From Eledone cirrhosa (Eukaryota): a DNA stretch of 64,000 nucleotides. Numbering within the stretch: position 1 is the stretch's first letter; each line of letters begins with the position of its first letter. Made by a program: the position numbers and the translations under genes. The notes under the pieces are model-generated. The model saw nothing but the letters and a program-made list of their open reading frames with translations. It was not told the DNA's origin and searched no databases. Below are positions 41,717 through 55,197 of this stretch, in pieces. The stretch is taken from assembly GCA_964016885.1 (NCBI GenBank), contig OZ024743.1, positions 227,354,001-227,418,000 on the forward strand, given 5' to 3'.

Positions 41717-41807
41717 CCTACTCGTTTCTATTACACACTCTACTACCCTAAGTATTGAGTACTTTGGTGCGTTATGGTCCATCTGATTCCTTACCACATT
41801 TCCTTCG

Positions 41808-41863
<56 letters not shown>

Positions 41864-42043
41864 GGATATGTGTTCCTTCACGCACAAGGCGCTAAGGTAC
41901 GCATGTATTGTCCAACCAAATGCCAGTGTGGTTCAATGGCAGGTTAATAAATTAACGAGCCAGAACAAATATAAACAAGGTTTAGCAAATAATGAAAAAG
42001 TTTCAAAATAAATTTAAAAAAATTGACTTTACCTACTATAGTT

Positions 42044-42126
42044 ACCTTTACCGATCGGTTTCGAATCCCAAAAATAAACGGAGACCATACGGCCTTCGTT
42101 GCAAAGAAAGATTCTCGTCAGAAGGT
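42044..42126 (-). ncRNA. Type-I hammerhead, intact (family A)
   Basis: Reverse complement of 42700-42782. Confidence 0.9.
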
Positions 42127-42699
42127 TCTTTTCATTCGAAGAATATAAAATTCCTGAATTTAAATTACGAACTAGCGCTATCAAAACTGTTCCTGGGATG
42201 AGAGTGGATGATGTAGAAACAGGTTTATCAAGGGCCGAAGTAAAGATAGGGGCAGAAGGAGGTAGGTCAAACCAGCCGCAGCTATCACTAGCAGCAGTCG
42301 GAGCGACCAAATTTGTTCTCAACTTAGAGGAGTTAGTAATAATAGGATATGTGTTCCTTCACGCACAAGGCGCTAAGGTACGCATGTATTGTCCAACCAA
42401 ATGCCAGTGTGGTTCAAACTGGCATTTGGTTGGACAATACATGCGTACCTTAGCGCCTTGTGCGTGATGGAACACATATCCTATTATTACTAACTCCTCT
42501 AAGTTGAGAACAAATTTGGTCGCTCCGACTGCTGCTAGTGATAGCTGCGGCTGGTTTGACCTACCTCCTTCTGCCTCTATCTTTACTTCGGCCCTTGATA
42601 AACCTGTTTCTACATCATCCACTCTCATCCCAGGAACAGTTTTGATAGCGCTAGTTCGTAATTTAAATTCAGGAATTTTATATTCTTCGAATGAAAAGA

Positions 42700-42782
42700 A
42701 CCTTCTGACGAGAATCTTTCTTTGCAACGAAGGCCGTATGGTCTCCGTTTATTTTTGGGATTCGAAACCGATCGGTAAAGGT
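42700..42782 (+). ncRNA. Type-I hammerhead, intact (family A)
   Basis: ACCTT-CTGACGA-GAATCTT...GGGATTC-GAAA-CCGATCGG-TA-AAGGT; GUA cleavage site. Confidence 0.92.
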
Positions 42783-42849
42783 AACTATAGTAGGTAAAGT
42801 CAATTTTTTTAAATTTATTTTGAAACTTTTTCATTGTTTGCTAAACCTT

Positions 42850-42877
<28 letters not shown>

Positions 42878-42884
<7 letters not shown>

Positions 42885-42994
42885 CACACATATATACATA
42901 TTTACACATTTTTGGATGGCCGTTGACTCTTATGAATTCTTCTTCCCCTTTGTCAGGTCTTGTTTTGTGTCCAGCTTACATATACGTATATATT

Positions 42995-43063
<69 letters not shown>

Positions 43064-43200
43064 GTGTGTGTGTATATATATATGTATGTAAATATATACG
43101 TATATGTAAGCTGGACACAAAACAAAACCTGACAAAGGGGAAGAAGAATTCATAAGAGTCAACGGCCATCCAAAAATGTGTAAATATGTATATATGTGTG

Positions 43201-43208
<8 letters not shown>
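42878..43208. repeat. Microsatellite-centred palindrome of a dispersed repeat fragment
   Basis: ~42880-43005 is mirrored at ~43078-43205; related sequence at 54435-54500. Confidence 0.85.
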
Positions 43209-43257
<49 letters not shown>

Positions 43258-43307
43258 ACATATTTCTGTATATGCGCGGTTGTTGTACCCGATATTGCGG
43301 TTAAACA

Positions 43308-43412
<105 letters not shown>

Positions 43413-43471
43413 AGAAAGAGAGAGAGTGAGTGTGTGTGTGTGTGAGTGTAGTCTTATAGATTTGAATTACA

Positions 43472-43645
43472 TAAAGTACCAGTAATACACTGGATATTGC
43501 TGGCCTTGTGCCAAAAAGTAGAAACAATTATCTCCCTTACTACTCGCCGAGGTTGACTCCTCCTTTCATCCTTACGGGGTCGATAAAATAAAATACCAGT
43601 AATGCACTGGGTATTTGCTGGCCTTGTGCCAAAAGTAGAAACATT
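43472..43645 (+). mobile_element. Two tandem 5'-truncated SINE copies
   Basis: The tail TACCAGTAAT.CACTGG.TATT(T)GCTGGCCTTGTGCCAAAAGTAGAAAC occurs twice. Confidence 0.8.
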
Positions 43646-43968
43646 TATCACACTTGCTACTGTAGTGTCACCAAAATTGATTGTTATTGTGGTTATCATT
43701 CTTCAGATATTTCGCTTGATTCGAAAGTTGATGCTGAGAAGAAACAACTTTAGTAAAAGATAGAAACATAACCGAAAAAATATATAATACATGAATAAAT
43801 GTATAAATATATAAATATATAACAGACAAAGAAATAATAGAAAAACAATGTTATAAATAAATAAATATAAAAATATATATTAGATTAATAAATAAGTACA
43901 CAAATAAAAGCAAGTTACAAAATAGATATTTGTGTTAGAGTTTGGCTAATTAGAGTTGCCATATTTAT

Positions 43969-44445
43969 TGGTGTTGGTGGTAGGGGTGGTGGTGGTGGTG
44001 ATCGAGGTTGGGTGGTGGTTGTAGTGGTAGTGGTGGTGGTGGTGGTGATCGAGGTTGGGTGGTGGTTGTAGTGGTAGTGGTGGTGGTGGTGATTGAGGTT
44101 GGGTGGTGGTTGTAGTGGTAGTGGTGGTGGTGGTGATTGAGGTTGGGGTGGTGGTTGTGTTGGTTGTGGTGGTGGTGGTGGTGGTGGTGGTGGTGGTTGT
44201 GGTGGTGGTTGTAGTGGCGGTGGCGGTGGTGGTTGTGGTGGTGGCGGTCGTAGTGGTGGTTGTGGTGGTGGTGGTGGTAGTGGTGGTGGAAGTGGTGGTG
44301 TTGGTGACTGCGGTGGTAATAGAGGTTAGGGTGGTGATCATGGTGGTATTGGTAGCAGTGATTGTGATGACGATGGTAGCTATAGTTTTGGTTGTTGGGA
44401 TGGTAGTGGAGGTGGGTTGGTGTTGGTGTTGGTGGTGGTGATGGT
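43969..44445. repeat. (GGT)n-rich low-complexity tract
   Basis: Read directly; source of the poly-T/poly-V pseudo-ORFs. Confidence 0.9.
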
Positions 44446-47400
44446 AATATTAATTGTGATGACGATGGTGGCTATGGTTCTAGTGGGTGGAATTGTAGTG
44501 TTTCTGACAGTATGATGGTGGTAGTGGTTTTGCTTGTGATTGTAGTGGGGGTTGTGGTTGTGGTGGTAGTGGTTTTGCTTGTGATTGTAGTGGGGGTTGT
44601 CGTTGTGGTGGTGACGGGAATTGGTGTAGATGACAGCGATATTTGCGGCGTTGATGGCAGGTATTGTTGGTGGGAGTGGGGGTGGTGTTTTGGGGTCGAG
44701 GAGGAGGATTATGTAGTGGTGGTGGTGAAAATGGTGAAGAATGTGTGGTTAGCAGTGAAAGTTCCTATGTAGTAGCACTGGTCGTGCTTGTGGCGATTAT
44801 ACTGGAAACTGTTTTTAGTGATGTTGATAGGTCTAGTAGAGCTTTGGGTGGCGGGGGTTTTCATGGCTGTGGATGGGGTGATTTTATTGTCGGTTGTGTT
44901 TATGGCGGATGGTTGATGCTTGTGTTGGTGGCGGTGGGTATGATGGTATGTCAATGGTATTTTTTATAATGGTTGTTTTATCTCCACTGTTTGTGAAGTT
45001 GGTGATGGTGGTGGTATGAGTGTGGCCGCTTGCGGAAGTGATGGTGGTGGTCATGATAAAAAGATTTGGTAAATGATTGCAAAGAACATTACTGATCAGG
45101 AATTGGAATTTCTGTATATTGGGAAGTGGTGATGCAGGTATTGGTGTTGTTGTAAACGAGAGGTGTGTGTGGGGGAGGGTGTAGATTTGTCGTGGTGTGG
45201 TGCTGGTGGTAATGCTAATGACGGTGCTAATGCATGAAACAATAGTATTGGTATTATGGGTTCGAGTGGTATGTTAGTGCTGTTTGTCGAGGTAGAGATG
45301 TAGGGGTGCTACAAGGGTTATGATGGGAAAGCGATGTTGGGAAGGAGTGTGAAATGTATTATTGATTGTGAATTGAGAAATCGTCTGTTTGGAAATTGTT
45401 CTTTATCCTTATTGTTTTTGTTTTTTGTGTGGTAAAGTGGTGCTTACCCTGGTGGTGGTGGATTTGAAATGAGAGGATTGTAACTTCTTTGTATTATCAG
45501 ACATACTTTATCTTATTTATGTTATACAATGTTTTTAATTTTTTAATTTCTGGATAGAAAAAGTACACAGATGTGAGATGCAGAGGTCGATTTAGTATAA
45601 GGTAAACAGAGAAGGGGCAGTATGCATGGTTTATGCGAGGCTTATCCAGGCGTAAATGTTTGACAGGGTTGAGGTTTGGTTTTAACACATGTAGGTTGCT
45701 GTGTGGAGCAGAAATGATGTTGAGGAGAGAGAATTCCAGATGTTACGAGGAAAGACTTGTCGAAGTGTTTAATGCAACATCTAAGAAACGAGACATGGTG
45801 GAGTACAACAAATGAGAGGAACAAGTGAATTTGGGAAAAGAATGTCTGTGAGAAAACGGTACAGCAATATTATTACTAAACAATAGAGTCAGCTTTAAAC
45901 AACTACTTAATAGATTCGAAAAAACAAATAATTAAGTAGAGAGAACTAGTGGTTAATGCTTGTTGATGTGGGACTCATTGGTCATCCATAAAAGACCTTT
46001 CTTTTGATGTGGTTGCTTTTAGGCCGGGATCAGCTGTTTGATTAAGCAGCCGTATGATGTAAAGCCACCCATGATAAAATGTAAATGTTTTACAAAGAGT
46101 TTATATGCCGAGGCTTAGAGTCAGGTTTATGACATTAACCAAATATGAATAAAACATTTGCTCACGGCTGGGATGTCAGGTGTTCTCTAGGTAACATTCC
46201 TAGATAACCTAGTAATAATTTTCTATTTTTTTAAATTTTAATTGAGGCAGGTAGAATTAAGTTAAGTGAAATTTGATTACTATTTCTTGGAATTCAAACG
46301 ACCCTGTAGAGTTTCCATCGTTGGGTGGTGTAGCATTATATGGACATTCTATACGTTGGTGAAGCAGGGTCGAAAGATTAAGTAGTTCACTTTGCAATCA
46401 TTATGTCTCATTTTCGATCCTATTAGGCGAAAACTTGGATAAGTATCATTTACCATATCTTAGAGTCGATCCATGCATTATGAGTGAAATTGGGCATATT
46501 TAAATTGTTTGGTAGTCCAACAGATGAACTGGATGTATAATTCAAAGGACTATCCTTGTCAGACAGTGTTCCGCTGAACTACTTTGAAATGTGCGTTAAC
46601 TTTACACATATCTGTGAAATGTTCAGACATTTACACATTATTTTCCTGTGTAAGAATTTCTATTGATCGGAAAATAGAAACACTCCTTATCGCCACCATT
46701 GGAGGTCTAATCTACTACCTAAATACACGACGAAATGTTTACAGTTGAATTGAATACAGGAACTATATTAATTCATACTTTTTCTAGTTCCAGTCAATAT
46801 GTAATAATGATGGGGCACCACTTTGATTTAGTCAGTCATATTGATCCAACTACTTGATTTATGGATCTCTATTCTGTCGAACTACTTACTACGTTACAAG
46901 CCAGAAACATAGACGCATCTACCTTATTCCACACAGAAATCATTGGTCAACGCGAAATGGCAGTAGAAGAGACTTTCCAAATATGTCGCTCGATCTTCTT
47001 AACAAAATAGCCATATCTGCACCTCTATTTGTAATCCAGTGTCATAATTGTATCTTTCGTTATGAAAGGTAGCTGCGGGCTGACTTTATATCATCGTTGC
47101 AAAATTGGGGAAAAAATATGATATGGTCTTTGATTGATCTGTCACACCACCCCAGAAAGCAAAATAGCGCAAATAATGAAGTTTAAGATGATGAAAGATA
47201 GTTGAAGAACCAGTCGGATACTGTCATAGAAAACGAGAAGGGAAATGTGATATCCACCTTGATTAATATGTCACCACGCCCGACAGAGAGATATAAATTC
47301 GAATTAATAAAGTTTCTGTGATAAAAAGATAATTGAAACTCTCGTAATGTTATCGGTGGAAAACAAAGGAAAATACGATGCGGTACTTGATTGACATGTC

Positions 47401-47957
47401 AGATCGTTTAGCGAAAACCATTGCAATTAAACGAAACTGAAAGGTTAGTAGAATGTGAAAATCAGAAACAACAAATATTTAAAAGGAATATATGGTAAAT
47501 CCCGTCACATAGCCAAAAATAGTGTCATTAAATTATTGGGTGTCTACGAATAGCAAGAAAGAGGTCGGTGAGTAACAGGTGTGCCTAGAATGAGTAAAAT
47601 ATCGCTCAGACAGTCAATCTAATTCTGCAAGAAATTTAGAAAAATTAATAATCTATACAAATATAGATGTGAATATACAGGTACAATAATGTGCATCTGT
47701 CTGTCTGTTTGACTGCCTGTCTGCCACTTCGTATGTATGCCTGTATGTGTGATGTATTATGCATAGACCTACACGTATCTATGTAACAAGGCAATATAGA
47801 GATGACTGATGGAAACATGTAGAGGGGAGGTTACTGTTAATTTCAAAATGCTGAACCACACAGAAAAGATGAGGGTATGCAACGGGTGCGGTGAACATAT
47901 GCTGGAAGAGATTCGTCCTACTCAGTAAAGCTTGGAAACGTGGATAGGAAATTATCA

Positions 47958-48030
<73 letters not shown>

Positions 48031-48224
48031 TTATTTATTTATTTATTATGTAGTTATGTAATAAACAACATAATATAATTATTTCATTTACCAGTGATTT
48101 CTTGAAAGCAAACAAATCTGCTTTCAGTCGTCAGAATGAAACAAATCCTGGTGTTTTTATTGAATATGGATTTTATTGAAAGTGCATTTAAAATATATAT
48201 ATATATATATATATAAATAAAGTG

Positions 48225-48326
48225 GTCCTTCGTCAGTGATCTTCCAACCATCACAGGTATTTCTTTGCTTTAAAGACCATATACCTCCGGTTGGTGCGAG
48301 CAACGGCTAAAAAAAGTCGTTGGGAC
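48225..48326 (-). ncRNA. Candidate rearranged hammerhead (variant B), intact core
   Basis: rc GTCCC|AACGACT...AGCCGTT g|CTCGCA|CCAACC gg AGGTAT-A-TGGTCTT taa AGCAAA-GAA-ATACCT gtgat GGTTGG AAGATCA-CTGACGA-AGGAC. Confidence 0.7.
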
Positions 48327-48835
48327 ACGTAAATAAAGGGGACAGCGAGAGTGTAAACAAACAAAGATGGTGAAGCAACGAAAAGTGAGGAAGAACGAGT
48401 CAAGTCCCAAATTTCCGTGAATATAAGTTCGGTGAAATCGTGAACGAGAGAGAATAAAGACCATCAAACCTGGTTGGAATGTGAGCAAGAAAGGAATTTC
48501 GTACAGGTCGAACGGGAGGAAGAAGGAATCTAGTCTGTGAATTCGGTGAACATAAGTTCTGTAAAACGTAGACTCGCTCGCTTGGTCAGGCTGGTTCGCC
48601 TTTTCTCTCTCTCTCGTCTACGATTTCACAGAACTTATGTTCACGGAATTCACAGACTAGATTCTTTCTTCCTCCCCTTAGACCTGTACGGAATTCATTC
48701 CTTGCTCACATTCCAACCAGATTTGATGGTCTTTATTCTCTCTTGTTCACGATTTCACCGAACTTATCTTCATGGAAATTTGGGACTTGACTCGTTCTTC
48801 CTCACTTTTCGTTGATTCACCATCTTTATTTACGT

Positions 48836-48937
48836 GTCCCAACGACTTTTTTTAACCGTTGCTCGCACCAACCGGGGGTATATGGTCTTTAAAGCGAAGT
48901 AATACCTGTGATGGTTGGAAGATCACTGACGAAGGAC
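48836..48937 (+). ncRNA. Candidate rearranged hammerhead (variant B), GAAA mutated to GTAA
   Basis: Mirror copy of 48225-48326; stem II is TCGC/GCGA. Confidence 0.62.
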
Positions 48938-48983
48938 CACTTTATTCATATGTAACCCATTTGCAACCACGCAGCTCGTTTAT

Positions 48984-49024
<41 letters not shown>

Positions 49025-49102
49025 ATAGTATCCCTAGAGAGGTATTTACTTTAAAAAGGCGTTGGTTTTGAAACAGTGTCCACTCTATTCAAGCGACTGT
49101 TG

Positions 49103-49222
<120 letters not shown>

Positions 49223-49623
49223 TGTGTGTGTGTTCGCGTGTGTGTGTGTATTTCACTTTTTTCTTCCACATCTCACACACCAATCCCAACCTAGGCATCA
49301 CCAACATTACCAACGCAGTCACCATCAACAGCAGCACCACCAACAACAACATAAATCATATATGTGTTACAGTTGACCATTATTCCTGGTTTTTATCTCT
49401 AATATCTGAAGCTCAGATGTTGTCCAAACAACACCGACATATTTGATGTCTTGGTAATCTTGAAAATGGAAGAAGCCAGTTCATTGAGGTCAAATACACA
49501 GAGATAGAGAGATACAAACGTAAAGAGTGTGATGTTAAATCTCTTTCAAAGACCACGAGAGTGTCTTTGTGTTTGTACATCTTTATGGTGTGTGTTTACT
49601 GCTGGTAGGTCTATATATATATA

Positions 49624-49772
<149 letters not shown>

Positions 49773-49928
49773 GTAAGTGTGTGTAAGTGTAGGTTTGTGT
49801 GAATATATTCATAAGCATATAGATCTACTAACGTGGATGCTTACCCACGTGTGCATCTATTGAATATTACCACCTACCTGTAATGTGCATCTGTAACTTG
49901 GTGCATTTGTGTGTCAGCACACACAGAA

Positions 49929-49995
<67 letters not shown>

Positions 49996-50273
49996 TGTAT
50001 GTGTGCGTATGGGACAGAGACGATGTTCGCGTTTATGTGTTTGATTCTGTGCGTATTTCTCGCATTAGCCTTCACGTATTCTTTGTAAATCTGTCTATTT
50101 TCTATCACATTAAATTACTGTATTACACAAACACACATACACACAGCTACACAGAACCCCCCCCCACACACACACACATATGTATATATATATGTTATAT
50201 ATGTGTATATATATATATATATATATGTATATACACACACACATATATATATATATGTATATATGTAAATAGG

Positions 50274-50339
<66 letters not shown>

Positions 50340-50370
50340 CATGTGTGTGTGGTGGGGGGAGGTGTCTGTG

Positions 50371-50416
<46 letters not shown>

Positions 50417-50449
50417 TACATATATATATATATATGTGCGTGCATATAT

Positions 50450-50512
<63 letters not shown>

Positions 50513-51129
50513 GCACATATATGTATATATGTGTATATATATATATATACACACATATATATATATATATATATATATGTGTATATATATATATGTGTGT
50601 GTGTGTGTGTATATTATGAATTTACATACGTGTCAGTGTGTACACGTAAGAGTAGGCAAGTTTTGTATATGTGTACGTCTCTTTATAGGTATATTTATGT
50701 ATGTTGTTGTTCGCTCTTAGGACCGAGCTTTGATGTGTGTCTGACGAAGGCCTCTGTAAGCAGAGAAATGTCTTCGCTCTTTCATCAACTAATTCCACAG
50801 CTCTGGCAAAATTAAACACCCGTTTCCTGCCAACTGTGTCTTGTTTCCTCTTCCTTTTCCTTTGCTATTTACTTTGACTCACTCCAACTCGCCCCCTCCC
50901 TCTCTATCTTTTTCTCTGAAAATCTTCCCTCTCACAATTATTACTCTTTTTTTCTTTTTTTTTTTTTCGTTTATACCTAGAGGTTCTGCTGTCGCCTACA
51001 TATTTACATCACCACATATCTTTACTCTCTTTCTACCTCCCCCACCTCTCTCTCTTTCTCTCTCCCTACACACACGCACACACACACATACATACACACA
51101 CACATACACACACACATACATACATACAT

Positions 51130-51196
<67 letters not shown>

Positions 51197-51267
51197 ATAA
51201 TAATAAATTTGAAGACTAAAATCCAAAGAGGGCTCGATAAGGATAAATATATATCAAATATATTTTA

Positions 51268-51310
<43 letters not shown>

Positions 51311-51438
51311 AAGTTTTATTTAAATTGTTGGGTTAACAACGAGTAAATATTTATAACTGATATAAAAGCACTCAACAAGTATTTGGAGTATATTTATGAT
51401 ATTAAATAAATGGAAACTATATTTATAAAACCATATTT

Positions 51439-51502
51439 ATTTCGTTATATATATTTCAGGGATATCATATTAACAATATGTTATGCCTTCTTCAGACAAA
51501 AT
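51439..51502 (-). ncRNA. Minimal type-I hammerhead, intact
   Basis: Reverse complement of 51874-51937. Confidence 0.85.
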
Positions 51503-51873
51503 ACAATATAAACAGTCTTATAAATAAATAGATACGACATACCTTTCAATCACCTTGCATTTGGGAGGTTGATTTGGCAGTAAAAAATATTGTGGACAGT
51601 TGTAAAAAGAAAGAGAGAAAGAAAGAAAGAAAGAAAGAGAAACGAAGAAAAAGAAAAAATGCATGTGACTAAATAGAGAGATATATAGAGATATATATCT
51701 CTCTATTTAGTCACATGCATTTCTTCTTCTTTCTTCGTTTCTCTTTCTTTCTTTCTTTCTCTCTTTCTTTTTACAACTGTCCACAATATTTTTTACTGCC
51801 AAATCAACCTCCCAAATGCAAGGTGATTGAAAGGTATGTCGTATCTATTTATTTATAAGACTGTTTATATTGT

Positions 51874-51937
51874 ATTTTGTCTGAAGAAGGCATAACATAT
51901 TGTTAATATGATATCCCTGAAATATATATAACGAAAT
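51874..51937 (+). ncRNA. Minimal type-I hammerhead, intact
   Basis: ATTTTGT-CTGAAGA-AGGcATAaCATATTgttAATATGaTATcCCT-GAAA-TATATA-TA-ACGAAAT, overlapping AATAAA. Confidence 0.87.
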
Positions 51938-51975
51938 AAATATGGTTTTATAAATATAGTTTCCATTTATTTAAT

Positions 51976-52034
<59 letters not shown>

Positions 52035-52137
52035 TTATAGCGATCAGTATTTTCTACACCTTTCTATTGAATAACTTTGGTGCGAAATTGGAGCAAATTT
52101 GGTTTGTAACATGACGGGACAGGTAATAATACGTGCG

Positions 52138-52196
<59 letters not shown>

Positions 52197-52219
52197 ACAC
52201 ACACACACACACACACACC

Positions 52220-52250
<31 letters not shown>

Positions 52251-52251
<1 letters not shown>

Positions 52252-52440
52252 ATTGTTTCTACTTTTGGCACAAGGCCAGCAATTATCCAGTGCATTACTG
52301 GTACTTTATTTTATCGACCCCGTAAGGATGAAAGGCAAAGTTAACCTCGGCGGGATTTGGACTCAAACCATAAAGGGGCGTAACTCTTTGCTGCAAAGCA
52401 TAGCGTCAGACCCTCTACCGATACTGCCAATCCACCGCCC
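52251..52440 (-). mobile_element. tRNA-derived SINE, full length
   Basis: Same family as 4815; starts with rc GGGCGGTGGATTGGCAGTATCGG. Confidence 0.85.
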
Positions 52441-53746
52441 TTATATATATATATATAATGATGTGCATATGTAGACATTATAAGTTATGTTACTCTTCGA
52501 GTAATTTAATTTATAAATATCCGGAAACACAATACACCCCCCCCCCCACCACCACCACCCCACCCCACCCCCACCACCACCAATTATATGTGCGTGTGTG
52601 CTTATATGAACTTGGATATAGCATTCTTATCTGCGGTAATTATACATGATCTAGTTATCTCCTCTTATATAATATACTGAATGTATTTCTTTTTAAGTCA
52701 TGCATTGAGTTAAAAAAAAAGTAATAAAATAAGTAGATCATGAAAGCGATGCTCTTGTAAGGCAACCCGCCAATGACTGAAATTAAAATATCGAAAATAC
52801 ATCCCACACTTCAACTAACATGGATACAAATAAAATGTGCCTAAAAACAGAAGTCAAAAGAGAAACGAAAGGAAAAGGAAAGGGTCCGATCATCAGATCA
52901 GACTATGGGAGATATTTTCGTTGGTCTTGTCATGTTTATATTGCCTGTCTCACCGCTTCGGAGACGAATAAGATTTGAACAGACACAACAACGCACTCTG
53001 TGGAACTCTGTGACCTGCACCCTCCCCAAATAAACTGGCACTTTATTCATCGATCCCGAAAGGATGAAAGACAGTATAACTCGATGTGATTTGACTTCAA
53101 ATCACAGAGATCCGGAAAAATAACGATTCGTTTAATCCGACACCCTGCTGCCTGTGCTAATTTTCCATAAAAGAGACCGACGAAATACCATTCTCTAAAA
53201 ATGTAAAACGAGCAAAATTCTGGCGAGAATAATAGAATATATTAAAAGCTACCTTACAGACAAAATACAAAAGCGGTGTTGGTGCTAGATTAAGCTGCGT
53301 TAAGTACAAGCATGGCGGTGTTCAAACATTTCAAATTTCAACATAAGTCACAGCCAGTGGCGGACTGGCCAGGTTGCCAGGTTTCCCAATGTCAAGTGGG
53401 CCCTAGGGGTCCCACGGTAGCATTACAAGAGCCTACAGTAGCATTGCAGGGCCCACTGGAATATTTTAGGGGTCAATGCTTTGCTTTCAAAAAAGAATTA
53501 CCTGAAATCTAAGAGAAAGAATTTGGTCAACCAATTCCCCAGTTAATTACAAGAAACCAAAATATACGATTGTGCAAATATATATATATATATATATATA
53601 TATTAATATACTTACACACGAACTACTGACCAAATAATATTTGGTATCAATGGGTTAAAGACATCTGTCAAATCAATTAGTGGTGAAAGTGGTGTGTGTA
53701 TATATATACATAAAATATATATAAATACACACATACACACACACGC

Positions 53747-53780
<34 letters not shown>

Positions 53781-53784
<4 letters not shown>

Positions 53785-53898
53785 AATATAGGAAGAAGGA
53801 TACTGCGTAGTTGCACATGGGTTACATATTATAAAATTAGTCCCTCATCAGTGATTTACCAACCGTCATTGGTATTTCATCGCATTAAAAATCATATA
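53781..53898 (-). ncRNA. 5'-truncated rearranged-hammerhead element
   Basis: rc (TAT)A-TGATTTttaa TGCGAT-GAA-ATACCa atgac GGTTGG t AAATCA-CTGATGA-GGGAC, plus the family C/B tail. Confidence 0.65.
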
Positions 53899-54819
53899 TA
53901 TTGAGTGAGTGTGAAAGACCAAAGGTCATTATTGAAAGTCACTGGATTTCGCAAAATACATAAAATATTTTATTGGAGAAGGTAAGATATTTTTCCGCAA
54001 AAATTTGATTGCACTGTTTTGTTTCCACTTATGTATTTTTTGAAAATGTCATTTATTCATTATAAAAAATCAAATGAAAGCATTCTATATGTAGGTGGGC
54101 CCACTTCATCTGGCAACCAATATTTTTAGACCTAGTCCGCCACTGTATATACATATGTAATGCCAATCATTGTAAGTTTGAATCTAAGTGACATGCAAAA
54201 ACATATATATATAGGAATAACTTCGGTCTTTTGTTTGTTTCGATTGCTGAATACAATCAGCGTCGCTGCTGCTCCTGAAGGTCAATAGTTCTCTTCTGAC
54301 TCGAGCCTTTCCATTGTCAATTTTCATTAATCATCTGCAAAGCCATATTGTTCTCAGAACCACTACCCCAGTCTTTCGATGCGTGCAGCTGGAACTACTG
54401 CCACCCATTGATTTGCAGGATTTTAATTTTAATTTTTTTAGATGGTTGTTGACTCTTATGAGTTCTTCCGCTCTTTGTCAGGTTTTGTTTTTTGTCCTGC
54501 GGGGTGTCCAAAATCCCCCTCCTCACTTGGATGGGTTGCCAGTTTAGTCGCCGACAACCCGACCATGCGACAGGTTGTACAGGGTTACATGATACCAGTA
54601 GCACTCAAGAGTGACCTGACACATATAGGAATAAGGTAAGCCCAAATCATAGTAGATTCAAATATCACAGAGACAAAGAGAGAGAGAGGAGGGGGAGAAA
54701 TGAGGTGGAACAGAAATGAAACATGGATTACAGGTTAAAATGTAGTCTAGACAGATGAGAATCAAAACGAGGATGTAGTTTATGGAACACCCAAATGATT
54801 TTGGTCGACATTAAGAAAG

Positions 54820-55197
54820 ACATGAACAATACCACATAAATTTGTTTTGAAAATTTTGAAAGTAGGTTTATAAGTATGAATTTTAATAAGATTTTCGTAG
54901 TTGTCTCTGAAGCCTTGCGGTAAGTAATAAAGACGCTGGAGATCCTAGCCTTGGGTTCAATCCTGGTCAGGAGGTACATGTAACCTTTTTTCAGTTTTTA
55001 TTTTAGAAGCAATAGGAAAAAACTGAAAAAGTTCACCGGGACCTTACTGTCGACCAGGATCAAACTTCAGACCAGAATCACCATCGTCTATGATTTCTCC
55101 AACTAGGCTATCGAGACAGCTAGAAGACTACAATGAAAATTGATAATCATAAACCTACTTTCAAAATCAAAGTTAAATAGATGTGGTTTCGTTCATA
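54820..55197. repeat. Degenerate ~380-bp palindrome with two convergent tRNA-like units
   Basis: ATTTTGAAAGTAGGTTTAT (54853-54871) is mirrored exactly at 55149-55167. B-box GGTTCAATCC at 54954 (+). A-box TAGCCTAGTTGG and B-like GTTTGATCC at 55052-55117 (-). Confidence 0.7.

Larger units (their letters stand above)
41861..42855. mobile_element. Family A: about 1.15 tandem 481-bp monomers on the minus strand plus a fold-back copy on the plus strand
   Basis: 41861-41935 is repeated at 42342-42416 (period 481). Hairpin turn GCCAGT gtggttcaa ACTGGC at ~42403-42423. ~42418-42855 is the reverse complement of ~41971-42408. Confidence 0.92.
48216..48987. mobile_element. Non-coding fold-back element (family B) in (TA)n
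   Basis: 48216-48573 is the reverse complement of ~48616-48946, with a ~42-bp spacer. The 3' tail is homologous to family C. Confidence 0.88.
51307..51981. mobile_element. Non-coding fold-back HHR element in (TA)n
   Basis: Near-perfect palindrome 51395-51981 centred near 51688; the left arm has ~90 bp of extra tail. Confidence 0.9.

Noticed and set aside
42099-42727. Mirror 122-aa and 97-aa ORFs in family A
   Set aside because: Non-ATG starts and no recognisable domain; the duplication is explained by the DNA fold-back.
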